The notes under the pieces are model-generated. The model was given only the letters and a program-made list of their open reading frames with translations, made no database searches and was not told where the DNA came from. Source: an uncultured Pirellulales bacterium (GTDB lineage Bacteria; Planctomycetota; Phycisphaerae; Sedimentisphaerales; SM23-30). Taken from it: a DNA stretch of 33,842 nucleotides. Made by a program: the position numbers and the translations under genes. The DNA lies in the NCBI GenBank assembly GCA_964574885.1, contig CAZNQT010000001.1:1-33842 (forward strand), given 5' to 3'. Shown here piece by piece: positions 1 to 8,768 of the stretch. Positions within the stretch are counted from its first letter, which is position 1; every line of letters starts with the position of its first letter.

Positions 1-528
1 ACGTACTACTGGGTAGTTGATTGTTGGGATTACAGTGCTCCCCCCGGGGAGCAATTCCTTCCCGGTGTCCTTTGGGATTTTAACACGAATAACGAGGCCC
101 CGGAGGTAAACGCGGGAGATGACCAATATATCTGGCTCAACAATGCGGGGGATCCTGCAACGGCCACTGCCGAGATTGATGCCACGGTCACCGATGACGG
201 TCTGCCGTCCGGTCAAATTAATTACCTGTGGACGCAACTGTCCGGACCGGTGAATATTTTAATCGATCCTAATAACACGAAGGACGTTACGCTGGTGCTC
301 CCGGAACTGGGCGCCTATAATTTCCGGTTAACGGCTGACGATACGGATCAGGAAAGTTTCGATGTGATCCAAATTGTCGTAGCGGCGAATCCGTGCCTGG
401 CGGCCCAGGCGATGCCCGGATATACGGCGTTCCCCGGCGATCTAAATCTGGACTGCATCGTGGACCTGCGTGATTTAGGGATTTTAGCAGCAGATTGGCT
501 TAAGTGTAACAGCCTAGTGTGCCCCTAG
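1..528 (+). CDS. 3' part of a secreted multidomain surface protein (5' end outside the window): end of an Fn3-like module, a PKD-like module and a dockerin-like C-terminal tail
   Basis: Frame 1 is open from base 1 (TYYWVVDCWDY...LWDFNT) to TAG at 526-528. The track ORF at 250 is only an internal GTG. Motifs NAGDDQYIWL...TVTDDGLPSG..YLWTQLSGP (PKD-like) and GDLNLDCIVDLRDLGILAADWLKCNSLVCP at the C-terminus. Confidence 0.8.
   Translation, partial: TYYWVVDCWDYSAPPGEQFLPGVLWDFNTNNEAPEVNAGDDQYIWLNNAGDPATATAEIDATVTDDGLPSGQINYLWTQLSGPVNILIDPNNTKDVTLVLPELGAYNFRLTADDTDQESFDVIQIVVAANPCLAAQAMPGYTAFPGDLNLDCIVDLRDLGILAADWLKCNSLVCP
436..525 (+). other. dockerin-like four-Cys C-terminal tag (copy 1)
   Basis: GDLNLDCIVDLRDLGILAADWLKCNSLVCP-stop, with an upstream Cys in NPCLAAQ. 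Confidence 0.7.
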
Positions 529-580
529 AAACGACGGCGGTAGTTAATAACCGTAAATATAGATAAGGAGAATACCAGTG

Positions 581-623
581 CCGACAGCCGAGCACTGACC
601 TACGGTGCTTGGCTGTCGGTTTA
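581..623 (+). terminator. Rho-independent terminator
   Basis: 15-bp stem CCGACAGCCGAGCAC / GTGCTTGGCTGTCGG (one G-U pair), a 9-nt loop, then TTTACTG, about 55 nt after the stop at 528. Confidence 0.7.
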
Positions 624-719
624 CTGAGAGAGGAACTTGTCATATTGTAATCTCCTACGGAGGGTGACGAGGGATAAGAGTGTCGAATCGATGTTCTTGA
701 TCCTGACGCCTACTATTCT

Positions 720-3476
720 ATGTGGCCAAAAATTAAATTGGCAGTCACGATTGAGCTCGTGACGACATTACTTGCTGTAACTATTACCCGGGCGCAGCGA
801 CAAAGGGAAAATCTGGGGCGGGGAATGATCGCCGTCTTTCAGGGCGACGGCGCGGTCTATGTCGGATGGCGGATGCTGGGAACCGACCCGGAGAATATTG
901 CTTTTAATCTGTATCGCTCCACTGGCGGCGGAACGGCTGCTAAACTGAACGGTACACCTATCACGCAAAGTACGAACTGGGTGGATAATGGCGTTACCCT
1001 GAGTCAGTCGAATTCCTATTTTGTCCGGCCCGTGCTAAATGGTCAGGAACAAGAGGCCAGTACCCCGTTTACTCTGCCGGTAAATCCGCCGGAACAGAAT
1101 TATATGTCCATTCCGCTTCAGGGCGATTATGTATTGAACCGGGCCGGAGTCGGCGATCTGGACGGCGATGGGGAATACGATTACATTATCAAACAACCCG
1201 AACAGGTGACCGATCCGGGTGTTTATCATACCAGTGTGGATACCTGGAAGATAGAGGCGTACAAGAGTGACGGAACCTTCCTGTGGCGTAAGGATCTGGG
1301 CTGGAATATAGTGCAGGGCGTTTGGTGGTCGCCGATGATCGTATATGACCTGGACGGCGATGGCAAAGCCGAAGTGGTTGCCAAAACCGCACCCACGGAT
1401 GTTGATTACCGTCGTCCGTCCGATGGTCGGGTCCTGGAGGGACCGGAATGGTTCACCGTATTCGATGGACAAACCGGTGCGGAACTGGCCTCCGAGGACT
1501 GGATCCCACGCGGCAATATCTGTGATTGGGGCGACTGCTACGGCAACCGGGTGAATCGCAACTTGATGTGCGTTGCCTATCTCGATGGGGAACGACCCAC
1601 TATAGTGATTTTTCGCGGCACCTACGCACTAATGAAAGCAGAGGCCTGGAATTACCGCGACGGCCGACTGGAGAACGTCTGGCGTTGGTCCAACGAGGGC
1701 CTGGGTCCTGAATATCAAGGGCAGGGTTTTCATGAGATTCGGGTGGCCGATATCGATGGCGATGGTCGAGACGAAATCCTCAACGGCAGTATTGCTATTG
1801 ACGACGACGGTTCCAATATCTATACCACCGGCGAAGGACACGGAGATCGATTTCACCTGACGGATATCGATCCTAACCGGCCGGGACTAGAAACCTGGTA
1901 CATCCAGGAAGCCGGATATGATCATCCGGTTCATCTGCGGGATGCACGCTCGGGTGATTTGATATGGGGCCTGGAAGGAAACTGGGGCGACGTTGGCCGC
2001 GGTCTGACAGCGGATATCGATCCACGCCAGAAAGGTTTGGAATGCTGGTCGCCCCAGGGGGATTTATACAACTGTAAGGGCGATGTCCTCGGCCCCCAAC
2101 CCAATACCTGTCAATTCGCGATCTGGTGGGACGACGACCAACTGCGGGAATTACTGGAGAATGGCCGCATTCAAAAGTGGAATCCCTATACCCAAAGTTT
2201 GGATCAAATTGCAAACGCGGAATTATATACCTACTCGGATATCCTCATAGCGGATATCTTTGGCGACTGGCGTGAGGAAATTATTACGGTTCCCTCGGAG
2301 GGGGGGGAATTGCGGATTTATACTACTACGATTCCGTCCACGCGCCGCTTCCCCACTTTTATGCACGATCCGGTTTATCGAATCGACGTGGCCTGCATGA
2401 GCATGGGCTATACGCAGTCGGCACATCCCAGTTTTTATTTCGGGGCAGACGAACAATTGTTATGGCCGGTTTCGTTCGAGGCCGTAGCGGATGTGGAACT
2501 TGGCAATGACGATCAACTTGGTCCCAACGCATCCTCCAACGGCGCCGGTTTGGGAGTACGCAACATTCCGGCGAGACGCCGCGTGTCATTTCTCCAATAT
2601 GATATCTCGGACTATAAAACAGCGGGATCAGTATTTACCAACGTGCGGTTTAGTAATTTTGGGCATGACCTGAATGATCCGATAGACGTGTACGGGATCA
2701 TTGAGAGTCAAGATGACCTTCCGTCGGGAGAGGATGTGGAGGATCTCACCTGGAATACCGCTGCCGGGGTTCAGAATCATCCTACGCCGCCATTGGGCGA
2801 TCCGGTGACGCTGGACCTGGCCGACGTGGTCGGACCCTTAATGACCTTCACGCCGCCCGCTTCGGGAGTAAGAGAGCCAACGCCGATTAGCCAGGAAGTG
2901 GCGGATTTCCTCAACGACGATACGGATGGCATCGTAATTTTTATGTTTGCGACGACAATCGAGGGCGATCAGGCTATCATTCGTTCCAGCGAAGATTCCT
3001 CCGGCGGTACGTTTCTTATAGGGCAGGTCAAGATCAATAAAGCGCCTGATGTGGACGTAGGTCCGGATCAATATCTCTGGTTGGGTAATGCACTCGATCC
3101 TGCAACGGCCGTGGTGAATCTCCACGGGACGGCAACGGATGATGGGTTGCCTTCCCATGCCCTTTCGCTTCAATGGGAACAGACCACCGGGCCGGTCCCG
3201 GTCACTATTGCTCCCGATGACACGGCAAACATCACCCTAACACTCTCGGAAACCGGCGTTTACCAATTCCGACTGACGGCAACCGATGCGGATACATTTA
3301 GATCCGATACGGTTAAGATCATTGTGGCAGCGACGCCTTGTCAAGCCGCCCAGACGATGCCCGACTATACCCCCATTCCCGGTGATGTTAATAATGACTG
3401 CTTGGTGGATCTATTCGATTTGGGGATAATGGCATCGTACTGGCTTGCTTGTAACCGCCTGGACTGCCCAGAATAG
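720..3476 (+). CDS. rhamnogalacturonan endolyase, polysaccharide lyase family 11 (YesW-like beta-propeller), with added DNRLRE/CBM-like, PKD-like and dockerin-like C-terminal modules
   Basis: Blocks are near-collinear with B. subtilis YesW as I remember it: LGRGMIAV..GDGAVYVGWRMLGTD, VYDLDGDGKAEVVAKT, DWGDCYGNRVNRNLMCVAYLDGERP, VADIDGDGRDEI, IWWDDDQLRELL, DIFGDWREEII...LRIYTTTIPS..R..TFMHDPVYR. N-terminal signal peptide present. Confidence 0.9.
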   Translation: MWPKIKLAVTIELVTTLLAVTITRAQRQRENLGRGMIAVFQGDGAVYVGWRMLGTDPENIAFNLYRSTGGGTAAKLNGTPITQSTNWVDNGVTLSQSNSYFVRPVLNGQEQEASTPFTLPVNPPEQNYMSIPLQGDYVLNRAGVGDLDGDGEYDYIIKQPEQVTDPGVYHTSVDTWKIEAYKSDGTFLWRKDLGWNIVQGVWWSPMIVYDLDGDGKAEVVAKTAPTDVDYRRPSDGRVLEGPEWFTVFDGQTGAELASEDWIPRGNICDWGDCYGNRVNRNLMCVAYLDGERPTIVIFRGTYALMKAEAWNYRDGRLENVWRWSNEGLGPEYQGQGFHEIRVADIDGDGRDEILNGSIAIDDDGSNIYTTGEGHGDRFHLTDIDPNRPGLETWYIQEAGYDHPVHLRDARSGDLIWGLEGNWGDVGRGLTADIDPRQKGLECWSPQGDLYNCKGDVLGPQPNTCQFAIWWDDDQLRELLENGRIQKWNPYTQSLDQIANAELYTYSDILIADIFGDWREEIITVPSEGGELRIYTTTIPSTRRFPTFMHDPVYRIDVACMSMGYTQSAHPSFYFGADEQLLWPVSFEAVADVELGNDDQLGPNASSNGAGLGVRNIPARRRVSFLQYDISDYKTAGSVFTNVRFSNFGHDLNDPIDVYGIIESQDDLPSGEDVEDLTWNTAAGVQNHPTPPLGDPVTLDLADVVGPLMTFTPPASGVREPTPISQEVADFLNDDTDGIVIFMFATTIEGDQAIIRSSEDSSGGTFLIGQVKINKAPDVDVGPDQYLWLGNALDPATAVVNLHGTATDDGLPSHALSLQWEQTTGPVPVTIAPDDTANITLTLSETGVYQFRLTATDADTFRSDTVKIIVAATPCQAAQTMPDYTPIPGDVNNDCLVDLFDLGIMASYWLACNRLDCPE
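3381..3473 (+). other. dockerin-like four-Cys C-terminal tag (copy 2)
   Basis: GDVNNDCLVDLFDLGIMASYWLACNRLDCPE-stop, with an upstream Cys in TPCQAAQ. Confidence 0.7.
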
Positions 3477-3507
3477 CGAGGGATAAAGTAATACAGCCCA
3501 AAAATGG

Positions 3508-3536
3508 TTGTAATCGCGGCCATACTATATTATAAT
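3508..3536 (+). promoter_or_regulatory. candidate sigma70-type promoter (TTGTAA-17 nt-TATAAT)
   Basis: Near-consensus hexamers with a 17-nt spacer in the 222-bp AT-rich gap upstream of the pseudopilin gene. Sequence match only. Confidence 0.3.
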
Positions 3537-3698
3537 GTGCTCACAGCGCAGATAGACATAAAAGCATTTTAAAATTAACAAACAGAATATATCTGACAAT
3601 ACGCATCGTTTTGGATATTTTATACTCGTCAGGCAGTTTTCGCAAGACAGGTACTTCGCGAATATCGATGTAACATCTTGTCCTGAAAGGATTTAAAG

Positions 3699-4562
3699 AT
3701 GTCCGTTATGCGAAGGGCGTTTACGCTGATCGAATTATTGATCGTAGTGGCCATCATTGCGATTTTGCTCTCTATTCTCCTGCCGGCACTTCAAAGCGCC
3801 AAGGAAAAAGCGCGTCGGATTGCTTGCGCCGGGAATCTCAAAGTGACTGGTTCGGCCCTGAATTTCTATGCGACGGAATACAAAGGAAATTATCCCATCC
3901 TCTATGAATCGCACTGGCCTCATGACGTTTCGTTCTATACCGCCGATTACATCATCAAGCAGGGCGCCACGCGTGATGCTTTTTTTTGTCCGTCGCGACG
4001 AAAATATTCCGAGGCGATTGGCGGAGGCAAGGACGATCCACGCTTCTGGCAATACACTCTCCAAAGTAATAATGTAACGGGCCCCTGGCCTTGGTTGGAT
4101 GAGACAAACGTGGACAAATATCGAAATTACCGCGTGACTCATTATTTTTGGTTGATGGATGTCGAGCAGGATGACTTACCGGGTCGGGAATGGGAGATTG
4201 CCGGTTATCCTCAAAAAGGCTGGGTGCGAAAAGTGAATGCGTATCGTCGCAAGCAGGGGCATGGATTAGAGCCGCTGAAATATCCGGAAACGTTCGAACT
4301 GATTACCGAGGCCACCTATAGCGAGCAACCGAACGTAGAAAGTGCTAATTATGGATCTATCCATACTGATTTCTGGAATAAATGGCAAATTCCTCATCGA
4401 ACCAATCATCTGGCTCCCGGAGGCCGCCCTGCCGGCGGCAATATCTTTTTTGTGGATGGCCATGCCTCCTGGCGTCCTTTCGAGCAGATGTGGCCGGACA
4501 AAAACCGGCCCCAGGAACCCCGCAGTCTGGACTGGGACCGAAGTCCCTATTTCTGGTGGTAA
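3699..4562 (+). CDS. prepilin-type N-terminal cleavage/methylation domain protein, DUF1559 / H-X9-DG-like pseudopilin family
   Basis: N-terminus [28 protein letters not shown] (class III signal, conserved Glu at +5). C-terminus [32 protein letters not shown] lies 7 nt upstream of the ATG at 3699. Confidence 0.85.
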   Translation: MSVMRRAFTLIELLIVVAIIAILLSILLPALQSAKEKARRIACAGNLKVTGSALNFYATEYKGNYPILYESHWPHDVSFYTADYIIKQGATRDAFFCPSRRKYSEAIGGGKDDPRFWQYTLQSNNVTGPWPWLDETNVDKYRNYRVTHYFWLMDVEQDDLPGREWEIAGYPQKGWVRKVNAYRRKQGHGLEPLKYPETFELITEATYSEQPNVESANYGSIHTDFWNKWQIPHRTNHLAPGGRPAGGNIFFVDGHASWRPFEQMWPDKNRPQEPRSLDWDRSPYFWW

Positions 4563-4836
4563 ATAACGGTTATAGCGATATATTGGTTGGATTGTAGCAT
4601 CTAACCAGATGCTGGAAACACGACAAAGGAGGGTGTTTTATAGCCTGGATCGAGATTCTTATCAAGGCGAATTATCTACGTATTGATATGGCAGGAGGAG
4701 TCTATTACATGCTCAAACCTCGGATACAGATGAGGAAAATGAAATCATATTTTGGAGGTATATGTCTATGACGGAGATTACCAAAAATGGATTCCAGAGG
4801 ATAAATTCAAGACATATTGTATTGGAGGATTTAAAA

Positions 4837-6513
4837 ATGAGAATAGGAAAATTATGTGTATGGTTTGCGATCTTGAGTTTATTAAGCAAGAGTTCTTTTG
4901 GAGCGTTTGAGTGGATTAATACGACTTCCGGATATTGGAATGATCCGTTGAATTGGCAGGCTGCGGACAGTACCAATAAAGTACCGGATGGTACGGACGA
5001 AATCAAGATCCGACAAGGGAGAGAGACCATCCTTAATACTGTGGAGGATAACGATAGTGCCCGGCTGCGATTATATGTCGGCACCATGACGATTCACAGC
5101 GGCGCCAACCTTACTATTGGGTGGACGCGCATTGGCCATACCAATGCACAAACCGCGGTGATCAATCAGGATGGCGGCACCTTCGATCACCAGGACGGCA
5201 GATTGTCCCTGGGTAATGATTATGCCACCGGTATCTGGAACATCAGCGGGGGAACGCTCAGTTCGACGGGCAGCGGTATGTACATCGGATACACCCGTGG
5301 CAGCGGACTCGCACCCAGCACCGGCAGATTAGTGGCTATCGGCAGCAATGCCGCTATCACGGTAGATGATATGTACGTGGGAGTGGGAACCGTGGCTTCG
5401 GGAGATACGGGCATTCTCGAATTTCAGATGGATGCCGGCGGGGCCAGCACGATGGTCATCACCAACAGACTCGAACTGGACGTAAGTGACGCCGACTCGA
5501 TTGCTCGACTGGAAGTGAGCGCATCGGCTACCCTGGCGAAGACCGACATCGTTTTAGTGAATGTGACCAGCGCCACTGCCATCGCCGGCGCCGGCGCCTT
5601 TGATAGCATGAACGGCGGTCCCGCCGCGGAAGGGACCATAATTCTGGTAGGCGGTAACCTTTATTCCCTGACCTATCAATATGATGCTGATGGCGACTCC
5701 GCGAACAACGACGTTGCATTAGTCTTTGTCGCGGGAGAAGATGAGCTGGCACACGACCCAAATCCAGCTAACGGTATAAGTGTGGAAACCAGCCTGTCCA
5801 CATTGTCCTGGACGAATCCCGAGCCAAATACTCCGGGTGCTCCGATCACCTGCGACGTGTACTTCGGCGTCGATCCGAACCGCCCGGATATGGATAAAGT
5901 GACGCTGGGTGCAGATATTTCCAGTGTGGAAATTAACGCGACCAATTTCCCCCATCATACACCGCTGACAAATAACACTTGGTATTATTGGGTGGTCGAT
6001 TGTCACGATCCCAGTGGGGGCGGCTTGATCGAAGGTTTGATGTGGTCGTTCTATACCGATGATAATGAGCCGCCCACCGCCGATGCAGGCCCCGACCAAG
6101 TCGTTTGGCTCGGCAAGAGCGGCACGCCTAATCAGGAGATGATCCAGTTGGATGGTACGGCCTCCTCCGATGACGGCAAGCCGAATCCTCTCACGTATCT
6201 CTGGGAACAAGTGCCCAACGATGCTCCCGAAGTAACCGTCACTCCCGATAACATAGCAAATCCGACCGTAACCGTTACCGAGAGAGGAGTGTATGAGTTT
6301 AGCCTAACCGTGGACGACGGGGGCAAACAAAACTCCGATACGGTGCAGATTAGCGTCGGAACGGATGCCTGCGACGCTTCCCATCTGAGCACGGGAGATC
6401 CGTATAACGAATGGGACCAAAATATGGATTGCCTTGTGGACCTGAAGGATTTTGCCTCATTCGCGCTGAATTGGCTGGATTGCACCGATACTCTGACCTA
6501 CTGCGGCATCTAA
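4837..6513 (+). CDS. secreted beta-helix/adhesin-like surface protein with Fn3-like, PKD-like and dockerin-like C-terminal modules
   Basis: The track ORF opens at 4762, but GGAGGA at 4824-4829 lies 7 nt before the ATG at 4837, which gives the signal peptide MRIGKLCVWFAILSLLSKSSFGA. Then W..TSGYWNDPLNWQ plus Gly/Thr/Ser-rich strands, an Fn3-like block (LSWTNPEP...WYYWVVDCHDP...MWSFYT), a PKD-like block (ADAGPDQVVWLG...LTYLWEQV) and the tail. Confidence 0.75.
   Translation: MRIGKLCVWFAILSLLSKSSFGAFEWINTTSGYWNDPLNWQAADSTNKVPDGTDEIKIRQGRETILNTVEDNDSARLRLYVGTMTIHSGANLTIGWTRIGHTNAQTAVINQDGGTFDHQDGRLSLGNDYATGIWNISGGTLSSTGSGMYIGYTRGSGLAPSTGRLVAIGSNAAITVDDMYVGVGTVASGDTGILEFQMDAGGASTMVITNRLELDVSDADSIARLEVSASATLAKTDIVLVNVTSATAIAGAGAFDSMNGGPAAEGTIILVGGNLYSLTYQYDADGDSANNDVALVFVAGEDELAHDPNPANGISVETSLSTLSWTNPEPNTPGAPITCDVYFGVDPNRPDMDKVTLGADISSVEINATNFPHHTPLTNNTWYYWVVDCHDPSGGGLIEGLMWSFYTDDNEPPTADAGPDQVVWLGKSGTPNQEMIQLDGTASSDDGKPNPLTYLWEQVPNDAPEVTVTPDNIANPTVTVTERGVYEFSLTVDDGGKQNSDTVQISVGTDACDASHLSTGDPYNEWDQNMDCLVDLKDFASFALNWLDCTDTLTYCGI
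6415..6510 (+). other. dockerin-like four-Cys C-terminal tag (copy 3, ends CGI)
   Basis: DQNMDCLVDLKDFASFALNWLDCTDTLTYCGI-stop, with an upstream Cys in DACDAS. Confidence 0.65.
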
Positions 6514-6547
6514 GGAAGCTGTGCACCTTTTTTTAATTTTCATCCAG

Positions 6548-6574
6548 AAGGGGCGCTTCCGGGCGCCCCTTTTA
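6548..6574 (+). terminator. Rho-independent terminator
   Basis: GGGGCGC-TTCCGG-GCGCCCC stem-loop (extendable by A-T pairs) followed by TTTT, 35 nt after the stop at 6513. Confidence 0.75.
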
Positions 6575-6644
6575 CTTGAATCACGGTATAATATTACCTA
6601 TTACAATGAGGGGTATATTAATTCCTAAGTGAGAATGAGTATAG

Positions 6645-8690
6645 ATGAACAAGAATTTCAACATAGTCTGTAATCGAATTCTCATAATTGTAGGCACCGG
6701 GATTTTTCTTGTGAGCAATGCACTTTATGCCCAAGAAAAAGGAAAATATCAAACATCTCAAATCGCTATTACTCCTAAAGTTGAGCGAGTCGAGCGATCT
6801 CTTTCACCCAAGAACATACGAAAAATCGGCGGCTTTATAGGTACGAGATTCAAGGCTAACTTAAATGAGTATCTACTTGTTTTTGACATCGATCATTATG
6901 TTCAGATGTTCGAAGAGAAACAACATCGGGACTGGTGGTGGATCGGCGAGCAGGCGGGCAAGTGGATGGAATCGGCTGTGTTGGCAGCAAGCCAAACCGA
7001 AGACATGGCACTTCGGGAAAAAGCGGAAAAGGCTCTGGCACGTCTGATAGCGTCGCAGGAACCGAGCGGGTATCTCGGAATTACCGATCCGGCGGTACGC
7101 ACGGATCAACTTCCCCTGCGCGGCATGGATGCGTATGAACTCTATTTCATGCTGCATGGTCTAATAACCGCATATGATCTATGGAGTGAAGAGCAGGCGC
7201 TGCAAGCCGCATCTCGTCTCGGTGACTACTTTGTGAATCACATTGGCCCCGGTAAAGCCCAGTTCTGGCCCCGGCCCAAGGGGAAAACCATTGCCGGTCA
7301 CAATATTCATTACTGCCTGGAAGGAACGTTACTGGCCAATCCCATGCTGCGTTTATACCTTGCCACGGGGGACGAGAAATATCTCAAATGGTCCAAGTGG
7401 GTAATTGACAACATTGATCTTTGGTCGGGTCACAATACCTTCTCGAAACTCGATCAGGTAGCCATCGGCGCTATGGGCGTTCACGAACTGCAACCAAAAG
7501 TACATTCCCATACTTTCCACATGAATCTACTCGGGTTCCTGCGTCTCTATCAGATTACCGGAGATGAGTCATTGCTGCGCAAAGTCCGGGGCGCCTGGCG
7601 CAATATTGCCAAGCGCCAGATGTATATTACCGGGGGCGTCAGTGTGGATGAATACTATAGAGCGGGACAAAATTTACCCGTTTCCGGTTCGGTGGTGGAA
7701 ACGTGCGCGATGATGTCGTGGATGGAACTGAGCCAATATTTGCTCGAGTTGACGGCGAATCCTATTTATGCCGATGTGATCGAACGGCTATTGTGGAACC
7801 ATTGGTTTGCGGCACAAGCGGTTGACGGCGATTCTTTTCGCTATTACGTACCACTAAACGGCGCCAAACCGGCCGGTTATTACCACGGACCCGACTGCTG
7901 TACGGCGAGCGGGCCCCGTATGACTGCTATGATCCCTACTTTGTTTTATGCGGTCGGGAAGGATGGGATTTATATTAATCAGTTTGTTGAGTCCGCTGCC
8001 GAAATCAAACTGGATTCCGGTAATATTGTTTCCTTAATCCAGGAGACGAAGTATCCCAGCCGAGGGGAACTGACGTTCAAAATCAATCCTCAACAGGCTG
8101 AATTCTTTGTCTTATCTATTCGTTTACCAGCCTGGTGCTCCAATCCATCCCTCAGTATAAACGACAAGATTATCGAAGGATTACATCCGGGAACCTATGT
8201 AAAACTTAAGCGTCACTGGCAGAAGGGGGATTATATCAAACTCACTTTGCCGATGCAGGCGAAATGGACTAAGCGCACCCACGCTACTGAAGATGCGTGG
8301 GCCTTGGTACGCGGACCGGTGGTCTATGCCGTGGATACCGTTTGGTGGGATTCTTCGATCTCAGAAATATTTGACAGGGCGATGCCGAAGGATATGTCGA
8401 AAGTAATTGGCGTGGTACTGGATGAATCAAACTTGAATGCCGATTTGAAATCCGAAATAACTCTTGAAAGAACTCTGGGACTCGCCTACCTCGTCACCAT
8501 TGCTTTTCCCAACGGTCAACGCGCGGAAGTACCTGCCTTGCCGTTTGCGAACGTGGGACGCTGGTATGCCGATCCGGCCCGAAAACCCGATTATAATGAA
8601 CGCCGATATCATTACGCCGTTTGGCTGCCTAACGTAGGCAGCGAAAGATATGCAGAGATCATGCGACAGTATAGACGAAAGCAAAAGTAA
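6645..8690 (+). CDS. glycoside hydrolase family 127-like (DUF1680, beta-L-arabinofuranosidase type)
   Basis: Signal peptide present. (alpha/alpha)6-type helices (YELYFMLHGLITAY). Motifs VVETCAMMSW and GPDCCTASGPR match the Glu/Cys and Cys-Cys zinc/nucleophile motifs known from HypBA1-type GH127 enzymes. The usual CCPPN is replaced by CCTAS. Confidence 0.8.
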   Translation: MNKNFNIVCNRILIIVGTGIFLVSNALYAQEKGKYQTSQIAITPKVERVERSLSPKNIRKIGGFIGTRFKANLNEYLLVFDIDHYVQMFEEKQHRDWWWIGEQAGKWMESAVLAASQTEDMALREKAEKALARLIASQEPSGYLGITDPAVRTDQLPLRGMDAYELYFMLHGLITAYDLWSEEQALQAASRLGDYFVNHIGPGKAQFWPRPKGKTIAGHNIHYCLEGTLLANPMLRLYLATGDEKYLKWSKWVIDNIDLWSGHNTFSKLDQVAIGAMGVHELQPKVHSHTFHMNLLGFLRLYQITGDESLLRKVRGAWRNIAKRQMYITGGVSVDEYYRAGQNLPVSGSVVETCAMMSWMELSQYLLELTANPIYADVIERLLWNHWFAAQAVDGDSFRYYVPLNGAKPAGYYHGPDCCTASGPRMTAMIPTLFYAVGKDGIYINQFVESAAEIKLDSGNIVSLIQETKYPSRGELTFKINPQQAEFFVLSIRLPAWCSNPSLSINDKIIEGLHPGTYVKLKRHWQKGDYIKLTLPMQAKWTKRTHATEDAWALVRGPVVYAVDTVWWDSSISEIFDRAMPKDMSKVIGVVLDESNLNADLKSEITLERTLGLAYLVTIAFPNGQRAEVPALPFANVGRWYADPARKPDYNERRYHYAVWLPNVGSERYAEIMRQYRRKQK

Positions 8691-8768
8691 AACGATTGAA
8701 ATGATATTTCATACTATGCATTCAAGGCTGGTGCTATTAATATGTTTTTTAATGCACAGGAGACCATG

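Noticed and set aside
668-3486. Shared decamer CGAGGGATAA just upstream of the PL11 start (about 669-678) and overlapping its stop (about 3477-3486)
   Set aside because: It is a single 10-nt match with no surrounding similarity or symmetry. That is compatible with chance in 34 kb.
4590-4612. Small hairpin GCATCT-AACC-AGATGC after the pseudopilin gene as a terminator
   Set aside because: The stem is only 6 bp and AT-containing, and no downstream T-tract follows. It is too weak to call.
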